In this document: positions 1-10,753 of the stretch, piece after piece | How positions within the stretch are numbered: the stretch's first letter is position 1 | How the letters are laid out: each line of letters starts with the position of its first letter | Assembly (NCBI GenBank): GCA_044892525.1 | Contig: CM097886.1 | Location: 161,870,312-161,934,311, forward strand | Direction: 5' to 3' | Source: Schmidtea polychroa | Lineage: Eukaryota | DNA length: 64,000 nt | Translations under genes and position numbers: made by a program | The notes under the pieces: model-generated | Told to the model about the DNA's origin: nothing | Databases searched by the model: none | What the model saw: the letters and a program-made list of their open reading frames with translations, nothing else

Positions 1-1976
1 CTCTATTGCTTTCGCCATTTCTCTCAGATTGTGGATATTCTCTGATGTCTTTAAGATGATGTTAGCCAATGCTACTACTTGGCGTTTTTGCTTTTTCGCT
101 CCCATTGCTAAGATATCGCCTAATTGTTTATATCTTTCTTTCTCTTCTCGTTCTCTTGCTTCTATCGCTTCCTCGCCGTCCATATCGGCATATTCACGTT
201 CCTTTTTCCTCATTGCATGAATATGTCTGGCTTCATTTTCGCTTTCCGATGTGACATCCGTCTCGCTCTCGTCATCTGATGCCTGTCCCACTGCTTCCAC
301 TTCATATTCTGGAGGTTCCTCTTCTTCTTCCTCCGATTCACTTTCTGTCTCGCCAATGTCTGTTTCTACGAAGATTCCTTTCCGGATTTCCCATTCCTTA
401 TTTTCTGCATTCCACACTCTTTCCCATGGGGTTCGTCTGCAGGATCTGGTACTTAGTTTCGTGATTTTTCCTTGTAGTTCCTTTTCTTTTAATCATCGTT
501 GGTGAATTTCAATTATTTCTATAGATTTTCGATATAACGTTTTCATCCGGTTTCGTATTTCTTTTTGATGCGTTACATCTCTTGTTCGAAATTCATCCAT
601 TGGTACTATTTTGATTATCTGATGATCGTCCCACATACCCATTTCGCTCAACGAGGTGTCGTCCTCAGCTCGTAATATTATTTTATCGTACATCATGACT
701 ACATCATCTACCATACCATCGCTACTTTCGCTACGTACCTTTTCCGTTATCTCTTGGTTTATCTTTGATACCAAATCATCCACCGTACTCTGATTGCTCA
801 TTTTTATTCGTCGTTTCTCTTCGTTCGGTAACCATATGGTTATTTCTAACTTCTGTGGCTGGGTTTCTTTTAACCTTCCATATTTGTGGATCAAATTTAT
901 GGTTCTCCAATCACTCATCCGGAGCAATTCTGTATCTCGTAATCGGCTCATTAGTTCGTATATGGCTGGGGCTCGTCTGGCTATGAGTAAATCCCAGTTA
1001 TCTTCTACTTGTTCTTGAATTTGTTTGATCAGCTTGTCCAGGTTTCGTCTCAGAGTACATTGTTTTATTTGTTCTAATTTCAATTTGATACTAAAATCAT
1101 ATTCTGCCTTGGCATCTTTAGCCCAATCGTAAAGGTTGGCTGGTTGTTTTTCTTTGTGCAACTTTAGTATTTGCGTTTCTCCTGGCCATATTAGTGCGTC
1201 TACTGTGCATATCTAGTTTGATCTGTTCTCCTTGGTATTGATACAGATATTCTTTCTTTCTCGAACTTCCCAAATGTTCTGGTATCCAATCGAAAAGTTC
1301 GTCGGTGACTGTATTTTTAATCCACATTCTTTCAAGTCCTTTACTAGTTCCGATTTTTATTACATACCGCGTGGTATCGGCCTGCTTCATTTTTTCCATA
1401 TACTTTTTTATTATCAACTTTTCCTCGCTTGGTATTAAATCTTTCTCGTTTCTTTCCAGTTTCATCACTTTTTGCACGAATCGTCTGAATGGTATTACAT
1501 CGATGAACTCTTGATTTCTCACTACTACTGGGAGTATTTCCGTTACTTGTTTTATTGCCTCTTCTTTTTCTTTTCTCAATTTTATTTCGATATCTTCGTC
1601 TTCGTTTTCGCTGGATATCTCGCTTTTACTTTCGCTTTCGTCTTTCTCGATTATTAAGTTGTAATATTTCTCCCCCCAAACTGCTCACATAGTCTTCATC
1701 TGATGACGACGTACCTTTTGTCCTCTTCATCATGTTGATTCGCAAATTTCTCATCCTTGGTACTCTCTTTAGTTTCTTATTCTCGAATATCGTTGTTTCC
1801 TCAGATTCCAGTTCTTGTAGCATTTGGTGGTTTAGCTGACTGGTTTGTTCCTTGTTTCTGTTGTTTTCCTCCTCTACTTCTGTTTTTGTTTCCTCGTGTT
1901 TCTTTTCGATTTTATCTTTTATCTATTTCCAGAATATTTTCTGAATTCTCTGTTCTCATTTCCGTTGTCGTTTCTT
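1..1976 (-). pseudogene. Post-Gag polyprotein extension: charged coiled-coil, two ubiquitin-like domains, acidic tract
   Basis: ORF pieces 1626-1823, 1118-1579 and 493-1161 join through frameshifts. After a single TGA at 493-495 the frame stays open to base 1. Ubl-like patterns at about 1160-1370 and 601-849. Confidence 0.6.
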
Positions 1977-3335
1977 TTACTTTTTCTGGTTCAGTCTTGG
2001 GTTTTTCCCGTAATTGTAACAGTACTGGCTTTTCATGTCTTTTACTAACTTCATCATATTTATTCGCAATGGTTGTTCTTGTCGTTGTTGGTTGCGTTCT
2101 TGTTTTATCCTCTCTTCCTCGGCCTGTAATCTTTGCCATTCTTGTACATGTTGGTGTACTTCATAATTGTTGAGATTTTCGGTACTCCTCATCATACGTA
2201 TATTCTGAGTTTGTTGTGGTGCTGGTTCTTGTCTTGGTCTCATCATTTGTTGCATCATCTGTTTCATTTGCGAGATTTCTTGCATAACGTTCATTTGTTT
2301 TCCTTCACTGGGGTTACTTTGTCGTTGCGGATTCGCCATGTAATTAGTGTTTCGCTGTGGTGGTCGTTGTTGTTGGCCCCTTTCTCTGCAGTCTCTGGAG
2401 ATGTGACCTGGCTGACCACAGTTAAAACAACCTCTCAATTGGCATATATTTTCCGTATGCCCACGTCGTCCGCAACGATTACAATTTGCATTTCTATAAA
2501 AATCTCTGTCCCAGTGTCCTGGTTTACCGCATGTTCGGCACTGCTTGTTATCGTTCATATTTCGTCGATTATTAAAATTGTTCCCATTATTCAGGTTGTT
2601 ACGATCGTTGTTATTCCCATTTGCTCGTCCTTGTGGTGGTTTGAAAATTTGATGCGCTCCTGGTATAAATTGGTTCATTTTCGGTTCCTGATTGCTATTA
2701 TCCCCGTTATCCGCTTTCGCTATTGCTGTCGCTATCCTCCCATCCTCTTGCATAATATTCATTTGAGCTGGAAGGTGGAGCTCGCATCTTGTAGCCCAAT
2801 CTATGGCTTCCTCTAACGTTTTACACATTTGACAACCTACTGAGGCTCTTAGCTCTTCTCGGCGTAATCCCTCTATGAAATAGCCGATCAGATTTTCCTC
2901 TGGTAATTTTCCATTCATTGCTTTCTTCGCTAATCTCCGCAATTCACTGGCATATAATGTTATCGATTCGTTCGCTCTTTGTTTCCTATTTGCTAGTTCG
3001 CCCAACGCCTGGTTGATTGGCTTACTGGCTCCGAAGGTTTTCTTCAAAAATGTTTTGATATCTTCCCACTTCTCTAATTTCGTATCTCTCTCTTTAGCTT
3101 CTAAATATACTTCTAATGCACTATCGCACAAAAACAACGGCATCCTTTTACTAATTGCTTCGGGTGTCCATCCACACACAGTGATATAAACTTCAAAATT
3201 GGTTATAAACGCTGCTAACTTGTTTGCATTTCCATTGAACGGTTCTCCTCTGAACTTCTCTTTATACTCATCGGTTTTTACGACATTCGTCATGATTGGT
3301 GTTCTAGATTCGTCTGTCTCTTTTAGATTATCCAA
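1977..3335 (-). CDS. Retrotransposon Gag (capsid-like domain plus 3 CCHC zinc knuckles)
   Basis: Capsid-like motifs FNGNANKLAAFITNFE...WEDIKTFLKKTF...RKQRANESITLYASELRRLA...FIEGL. Knuckles CRTCGKPGHWDRDF (degenerate), CNRCGRRGHTENIC, CFNCGQPGHISRDC. Frame is open upstream to 3638, and with stops to a Met at 4013. Confidence 0.85.
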   Translation of the reverse strand: MDNLKETDESRTPIMTNVVKTDEYKEKFRGEPFNGNANKLAAFITNFEVYITVCGWTPEAISKRMPLFLCDSALEVYLEAKERDTKLEKWEDIKTFLKKTFGASKPINQALGELANRKQRANESITLYASELRRLAKKAMNGKLPEENLIGYFIEGLRREELRASVGCQMCKTLEEAIDWATRCELHLPAQMNIMQEDGRIATAIAKADNGDNSNQEPKMNQFIPGAHQIFKPPQGRANGNNNDRNNLNNGNNFNNRRNMNDNKQCRTCGKPGHWDRDFYRNANCNRCGRRGHTENICQLRGCFNCGQPGHISRDCRERGQQQRPPQRNTNYMANPQRQSNPSEGKQMNVMQEISQMKQMMQQMMRPRQEPAPQQTQNIRMMRSTENLNNYEVHQHVQEWQRLQAEEERIKQERNQQRQEQPLRINMMKLVKDMKSQYCYNYGKNPRLNQKK

Positions 3336-4349
3336 TGAGGTGACTAAACTTTGGGCTGATAGTTCTTCGGTTGACGTTGCTAAACTATTAGTGATGTCGG
3401 ACAGACTTTCTCTGCTTCGAGATCGACTAGGGGTGTATCCGAGATTTTCTTGGTCAAATATGGGTATTTGATTGGTTCTTCTTGCTCCTTGTGATACTCC
3501 TCTTTGCTGTTTTATGAATCGTCCTCTTCTAAGCTGTTCTAGTTCGTCTCCTGAAAATAATACGTCTCTTGTCTTACTTGACGATCTAAGATTGGGTTTA
3601 TCCGTGATTCTTTTCTTACGCTTCTTTGTAATTAGCGGCTACTGAATTGGACGAGTTCGGTTCTGATTGTGTTTCCTTAGAAAAGTATCCTGTGTGACTC
3701 TGCTACTGAGATCTTGAGGAGATTTACGAGTCCTTGGCAGATGGCTGCTAATATTATAAGACTAATTATATCGTGGATTCGTTCGAAGATGGGGATGTTG
3801 TTGTTGTTGTCGTCTTCCGTTTCTGGAGTCTTCCGGTTACTGTATCCTTCTGTGCGGGTTCTGAATGGATTTATTCTTGGTCGATTGTCGATTTCTTCGA
3901 ACTCCTTTTGTGCAGGTTCTGGATTGTCTTGGTTGATTGTCTTGATCGGCTTTCTAAAATGAAAAAATGAGATCGTGTTGCTTCTGCTTACACGACTCCA
4001 TCATTCTTTCCATATCGTTCAAATGCAGACACCGTTTTAGGGTCTGTTTGTGCTCCCCTTTTCTCTCATATTATTATTTCCGCGGATTATAATTTCCCAT
4101 TATCCCGTAATTTTTTCGTTGATTTTAAATTATCTATATGGGGTAGTAACAATTATCTATAAAGTCGTAATAATTATCTATTCATTATCAATTATAATAT
4201 AAATAGGTCGTTGTCGGTCTCTGCTTACTACCCCCTTTCATTTTCCTAATCCTTTTGCGCCATGGTCGCTCTTTTATTTAGCTTTATCTCACTCGGTTTC
4301 CTTCTGGGACAAGAAGTTGCATTTTCCTGGTTAAAACCAAAAAAAAATC

Positions 4350-5110
4350 TGTAGAGTTTCTTTCTCTACTTCACTGGGATCCCTTTATTCAGTTAATTAT
4401 TCTCCTAATCCTTTATTCTCGATTGCTTTTTATTTTCCTTATCTTTGATTCGTTTTCTATTCTCTTCCCACTAAAGTTTACTAACATCTATTACGAGCTC
4501 GTTTATTCCTCTCTAAATTCAAATTTCCATATTTAATTTCAATTCGTTTCTAGCTAGCTTTAATATTCTATCTTACTGTAACTTTAGCTTCGATATGTTA
4601 TCTCATTGTAGCTTAACTGCTATCTCTCGCTCTTCTAGGCCTTTACGACTGGCTGGCACTATTCAACAGCTCAATCTACTTTGTCCTGACCGGCTGGACT
4701 ATTTGACAACTCGGTCTTACGACTGGCTGGCACTATTCAACAGCTCAATCTTCTTTATCCTGACCGGCTGGACTATTCGACAACTCGGTCTTACGACTGG
4801 CTGGCACTATTCAACAGCTCAATCTTCTTTATCCTGACGGGCTGGACTATTCGACAACTCGGTCTTACGACTGGCTGGCACTATTCAACAGCTCAATCTT
4901 CTTTATCCTGACCGGCTGGACTATTCGACAACTCGGCCTTAATATTTCTTACTCTGCATGCTTCTGCTTCTCTTTTTCCTCTTTTACCCTAAATTGCCAT
5001 TTCTCTCTCTCTACTTTTAATTCTGTCGACTTAATCTTTACCGCTTGAGAGTGTTTCCCCTTTCTCCCCTTGCTCAAAACGCACGACGATCGCGATGATC
5101 CATTTCTACA
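4350..5110 (-). repeat. Candidate 5' LTR (761 bp)
   Basis: 6-bp inverted termini TGTAGA/TCTACA, upstream of gag. Followed on the minus strand by GATTTTTTTTTGGTTTTAACC (T-run then TGG). No partner LTR in the window. Confidence 0.55.
4643..4938. repeat. Tandem repeat, 4 x 74 bp, each unit a dimer of related subunits
   Basis: Units start at 4643, 4717, 4791 and 4865. Subunits are actggctggcactattcaacagctc and accggctggactattcgacaactc. Confidence 0.95.
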
Positions 5111-5477
5111 TTGGCATGGTGATCAGTCACGCCGCAGAAACTTCTCATCATATGCGATGGTACCCCGCCTTACGCTCCTTACTCAGGTTGATCATTTATC
5201 CCCTCCCAATGGGTTTTTCTTATGATAGAACGTACCGCCCGAAGGTGGCTCGGTTTATACCCCTGCAGCCTATATTGGGACTAACTCCACGTTACTTTCT
5301 TTTCATTTGATCCCAAAACAAAATAAACATAGAGACTAACAAAGATAACTACTCAATTCATAACCAGATTTTATTCAATCATAAAATAAATAACAACTAA
5401 GATTATCATGATATTTCACATCAAAATTACATTTGTTCATATCAGGTTGTCAGTAACAATTTGATGTTCATAACCGT

Positions 5478-5963
5478 TCATTCACCATTATAAACCATAT
5501 GGGTTTCCTTTATTTCATATTTGCACATCGTGCATCTTTTTAAGTCTTTTACGCACTCTTCACAGTGACTGAGGTGTCCACACGGCAAGAATAATACGCG
5601 AATAGGACGGAGTTTGCAGGCCATACAAGTTCGTAATTGGTTAACTTTTTCCTATATTTTTTGTTCGATTGCATTCGGTATTGTATTTAATGAATCTTTT
5701 AGACGCTGATAATCTAGATTTAATGTTGGGTGGTTCAATCTCTCTTGATACCACTGATATACGGTTTCGGGGTTTATTTTTCCATCTGGGCGACTTAGGC
5801 CTGTGGCTAATATCATATGATTAGGTACGACTGGTGTTTGTCCGATTGCTTGTAGTAATATCGTGTTGATTCTTTCTCTTTTTTGCGTCAGTGTTGTTAG
5901 GGGGTCGTTTTCTATATCGATAAACTTGAGCAATTGTTGAATTTGGTTCGCGAATTCTGTCAT
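5478..5963 (-). pseudogene. IAP-type C3HC4 RING-finger E3 ligase ORF (161 codons, one in-frame TAG at 5652-5654)
   Basis: Reading past the stop gives EKVNQLRT-CMACKLRPIRVLFLPCGHLSHCEECVKDLKRCTMC-KYEIKETHMVYNGE*. All 8 zinc ligands are present, with the C-terminal position and FxPCGH motif typical of IAP/MDM2/MGRN-type RING-HC domains. Confidence 0.85.
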
Positions 5964-6240
5964 AACTTATTACACTTCCACCTTTAACAAAATCAATGAA
6001 GAAAATCCTTACTATTGAGTTAGGCTGAATCGAAAACAATAACTAAATTTCGTCTTCAAAGTTTATCTGTGATGCTGGTTCTACGAACTCCTCTGATGTG
6101 GTCCTCGGTTAATAGTTGTATTAGTTTCTGAGTAGGTTCGGTTATCAGTTCGCTGATAGTTCTGAGTCTAATGAAAATTTTGGTTAACGGTCATATTAGA
6201 ATTGATGCTTACCTAATGAAAATTTTGGTAAACGGTAATT

Positions 6241-6293
6241 CTACTGATTTTTATGCTAGCTTATATAGCAAATTCTTATTTATGCGGACCAAT
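6241..6293 (-). promoter_or_regulatory. Putative core promoter of the RING ORF (inverted CCAAT, TATA, Inr)
   Basis: On the minus strand: ATTGG at 6293-6289, TATATAA at 6267-6261, TCAGT at about 6247-6243. If the candidate 45-bp intron 6168-6212 is spliced out, the first ATG is 5963. Confidence 0.45.
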
Positions 6294-6637
6294 CAAAATT
6301 GAGTACCGCTTATTTTATTAAATTAATTTGTTTTTTCCTATTTCTTTGGGTATTTTACTTATTTTTCCTATTTTTATTATATTTTTTATTTATTTCTTAA
6401 ATTCCTTATTATTTGTTGCGTTTTTTGATATCTTATTCATTATCTTATTACTTTACCTTTTAATTTTATCATTTTTATGTTTTGTTTTAATCTTTATATC
6501 TTATTTTATGGTTTATTTTATGCCTTGATTTATTTATTTTAGAATTTATTGTCTTATTTTATTTTATTCGTCTCCTTTCGATCTTACTTTCGACGACTGT
6601 GTTTTCGATTCAGCCCAACAGTATGGATGGGTATATG

Positions 6638-9600
6638 CAGGGCCGGCTTTAGTTGGAAGCGGTGGATGCAAAGCATCGGGGCGCCTCTCGGAAAGGGCGC
6701 TAAAAAATTTAGAATTTTAGTTTCTTTTTAATATTTAACAAAAAAACCATTAACAAATTTTTTTTTAATAAGAATTTTGTTTTTAAATAAAATTTCCTTG
6801 AAAAACTACTGGCCTACTAGTTTTCGAAGTGTTTAAGAATTGTTTAATTATTTCGCAAAACAAAATAAATTATACATGCATAAATTTATTTTGAAACGGC
6901 CTGCTATATTCGGTTTAGTTATTTCGATTAAAAAAATTAATGCTAAAAAAAATTATTTTAAAAGTCTACCAGTTCTATTCAGTTTTCAATCAGTTCAGTT
7001 GTTATTTGGTAAACTTTTTTCGCTAATAAAAGAAAAATTTAATATTAAAATTTTAATAGTAAAATAAAAAAGTGTTCAGTACAGTTTAATAGTAAAAAAG
7101 TGTTTTATTTCAGTACATTAGTTATTTTGCGGAATTGAATCATTGTACGGTGGTAGGTATTATTTAATTATTTTTATCTTTACTTCTAAAATTTATATTT
7201 TTTTAATTAAAAAAATTTTTATTAGCTTACCTATATCATAAAATATGAATTCAAAGACAAAATTATCCGGGTGTGAAAATCGAAAACGAAAGGCGAAGAG
7301 AGAGTTGGAGGAACAAAAAAATCAGGGAAGCCTTAACCAATATTTAAAAAAAGCTAATTTGACAATACCTACAATAACGTTAACGGATGATCAGATTATT
7401 CCAGAGGATAGCACAAATGGTGAAGTTAGAAATAATGCCACTAATGAGACACAATCTATAAATTTACAAACAGAAATAACATCTTCATCTAACAAAGAGC
7501 TTCAAACCATACATTTAACTGAAACTATAAGTAATAGTGCTGATTTTCATTCAATTGATCCCGCAACTTGGCCTAAATTTATTAATGATAAAATTAGAAA
7601 AATTATTATTGAGCAAGGACCAATGCAAATAAGGAAAGAAGTTTATCCCCGTGATGATGATGGACGAAGTTTTACTAATTATTATTACAATCGTAAATTA
7701 CCTAATAATGAAATTATACCAAGATCATGGTTAGTTTATTCAAGTTCAGTAAACCGTGTTTTCTGTTTTTGTTGTAAATTGTTTATAAATCAAATAGAAG
7801 GAAACCAGCATTTGATTATAAATGGTTTTAGTTGCTGGAGAAATTTGTCAAAAACACTTGCAGCTCATGAAGTTAGTACATTACATGTTAATTGTTTTTT
7901 AAAGTGGACTCAATTAAAAAAGAAAATGAACAACTTAACTACAATAGATGCTGAACTCGTAAAAGTATACGCAGTTGAAAAGAAACATTGGTACGCTGTT
8001 TTGGAGAGAATTGTCGAAATCATAAAATATCTTGCCAGACAATGCCTGTCTCTGTGTGGCTCGTCAGATACTATCTATGAAAAAAATAACGGTAACTTTT
8101 TAAAATTTGTAGAACTTTTTTCTAAATTTGACATAGTAATAGCAAATCATTTAGCAAAGATACAAAAAAAGGAGACACAAACAGTTCATTATTTAGGCAA
8201 AACTATACAAAATGAAATAATATCGTTGATCTCTTCGAAAATTTTGCAAAATATTTTTCAAATGATAATTAATGCCAAATATTTTTCTCTAATATTAGAT
8301 TGCACTCCTGATATTAGTCATAACGAACAAATAACATTTATAGCCAGATTTGTCAATAAAGATGAAAATAATGAAGTTGCAATAAGCGAACATTTTTTGG
8401 GATTTTTAAAAGTATCTGACTCCACAGGAAAAGGTTTAGCAACTTATCTTATTGACAACATTAAAGATTTAGGTTTGAATATTAATGATCTACGTGGACA
8501 AGGTTACGATAATGGCGCAAATATGCATGGGAAAAATAATGGGGTTCAAAAACGTATTTTAAATTTGAATTCTCGTGCATTTTTCGTCCCATGTGCTGCA
8601 CATACACTTAATTTAGTAGTGAATGATGCAGCCAAAATTAACACAGAATCATTTAGTTTCTTTTCCACTATTCAAACAATTTATAATTTCTTTAGCGCTT
8701 CAACAAAACGATGGGAGTTCTTAAAAAAAATACTAAAATTACAGTAAAACCTTTGTCAGCCACCAGGTGGGAATCAAGAGTCGATGCCCTTCGTCCACTT
8801 AGGTTTGAAATAGCTGAAATTTTAGATGCTTTAGTTGACATTTATGAAAACCTAGAAATAGATAATAATACAAAGCATGAAGCTAAGGCTGTGGCTTTCA
8901 AAATAAAAGAGTATGAATTTATATGTTCAGTGGTTATTTGGTACGATGTTTTAAGTAAAGTTAACGTTGTTAGTAAACTGCTCCAAAATCCAAATCAAAA
9001 CTTAAATGTTTCTTCAGTTGCGTTAAATAGTCTTATTAAATTTATTGAAGAATATAGATCCGATGAAAATTTTAGTCTTATTCTTCAAACGGCAGAAAAT
9101 ATAGCAGCTGATTTAGAAATACCTGCGAAATTCAAAGATAATACGTTACGAAGAAGAAAGAAAAAAATTTTTGGTTATGAATCTGTAGACGAAACGCCAG
9201 TTGATCCGATACTTAAATATAAAATATCATTTTTTCTGCCAATTTTAGATATTACTATCAATTCTTTAAAAGAAAGGTTTAATCTTTTCACAAAATATAG
9301 TGAAAAATTTGAATTTATACATAATATAAAAGAAATTAACAAAATGGATGATAATACATTAAAAAAACATTGTTCTGATTTAGAAATAATGCTAACCGAT
9401 GGCGAGAAAAAAGATATATCTGCAACAGAATTATTTAATGAAATAAAAATAGCAAAGGAATTTTTGAAAGACTTTGAAAACCCACTAAACATCTTGCAAT
9501 ATATATATATATATAAATCTACTGGATTCCATTTTTCCCAATTTTGTAATTGCTATTAAAATATTTTTAACTTTACCAGTTTCAGTTGCTAGCGGAGAAC

Positions 9601-10042
9601 GATCTTTTTCGAAGCTTAAACTAATTAAAAATTATTTAAGATCAACAATTTCACAAGAAAGATTAGTTGGTTTAGCAATGATATCGATTGAAAGTGATAT
9701 ATGCGACAAATTAGATATACATAATTTAATTGATGAATTTGCCAGTTTAAAAGCTAGAAAAGTAAATATCTAGAATAATAGTTTTGTCAATTTTTATACA
9801 AAATATATGTATGTTATGTAATTTTTGTATATTATAATATTGTTTCAATAAAATAAAAAAATATATAAACAAAATAAAACCTGTATTTCACTTGGAAAAG
9901 AATTATTATTAATTTTTTAATGTTTTTATTACAAATTTAATATTGCCAATTAAATTACGTTAATTCCAAAAAACCAATAAAATAAATGGGCGTCTAAAAT
10001 GAGTTTCGCATCGGGGCGCTACTAATGCTAGAGCCGGCGCTG
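6638..10042 (+). mobile_element. hAT DNA transposon (Ac-type, ZMYM1-like transposase)
   Basis: TIRs CAGGGCCGGCTTTAG / CAGCGCCGGCTCTAG (13/15). Perfect 8-bp TSD GGTATATG at 6630-6637 and 10043-10050. Confidence 0.95.
7245..9773 (+). pseudogene. hAT transposase with two frameshifts
   Basis: TTF-type zinc finger (VFCFCC...HVNC), LILDCTPD, GQGYDNGANM, CAAHTLNL, TRWESR and C-terminal LPVSVASGERSFSKLK. Frameshifts at the A8 run near 8723-8730 and the (TA)n run near 9500-9514. Confidence 0.92.
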
Positions 10043-10532
10043 GGTATATGCATGTTTTAATATATAATATTTGTATGGAATCATATAAAAGTACATTCAT
10101 ATGTAGAAATTATATTGACTCTATTTTAAGTGCAGTTTATATGCAAGAAATTAGGGTATCTAAATACAAGAACAAATTTATTAAAAGGAAACCATAGTTA
10201 TACACACTTATCATTGCTGGTCCTTGGTTGGTACCAATTTTCGAAGTATCTGGAACCTTGCTCGTTCCACTTTTCCAGTGCGTTTCTTTTTCTGTATCAC
10301 GGGTCGTAGTTTGGAAATTTCCAGAATTTTAGTTGTCACTGCTCGAATCTGTTTAGCCTGTTCCTGATCGTCGATGATCTGGATTACTTATGTCTCTAGC
10401 TATCGTGTTTGGAGCTTGAGCTCATTTATATCAACTTGGTTTTTAGTTTAATATTATTTAGATGTTTTTGATTTTTGTTTATTGATCTCTATTATCATTG
10501 TTTAATTGGTGTTTTTATATGTTATAATTTAA

Positions 10533-10753
10533 CTCTTTAACCACTAAAACTGTCTACAGCCGGTCATCCTAAAAACCTCATTTGATTCAAATCAAAATAT
10601 TTTCGCGTTCCAACCAGTAAGACCGTTTTTCGTCTGTAAAACTCCCGACCATAACTTGTAGGTTTCAACACGATCAAACACATAGTTTGCTTGTAAAGGT
10701 CAGTTTCGTTGAGAACTTTGGTTCCATGTAATTCTATTTCAGTGGTTTAAGGG
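10533..10753. mobile_element. piggyBac-type MITE
   Basis: TTAA at 10529-10532 and 10754-10757. TIRs CTCTTTAACCACTAAAA / CCCTTAAACCACTGAAA (14/17). Confidence 0.7.

Larger units (their letters stand above)
1..5110 (-). mobile_element. Decayed Ty3/gypsy-like LTR retrotransposon, 5' part (runs off the left edge of the window)
   Basis: Minus-strand Gag with a capsid-like region and three CCHC knuckles. Reading frame continues with frameshifts and stops to position 1. LTR candidate at 4350-5110 with TGTAGA...TCTACA termini. No pol domains inside the window. Confidence 0.8.

Noticed and set aside
4643-4938. Repeat array resembling CRISPR
   Set aside because: Inter-repeat segments are identical rather than unique spacers, there are no cas genes, and the context is eukaryotic.
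10205-10425. Minus-strand frame NRLNRFEQ*...LEKWNEQ considered as the missing BIR domain for the RING ORF
   Set aside because: Lacks the CX2C...H...C ligands and the GFY motif and has several stops; similarity is not convincing.
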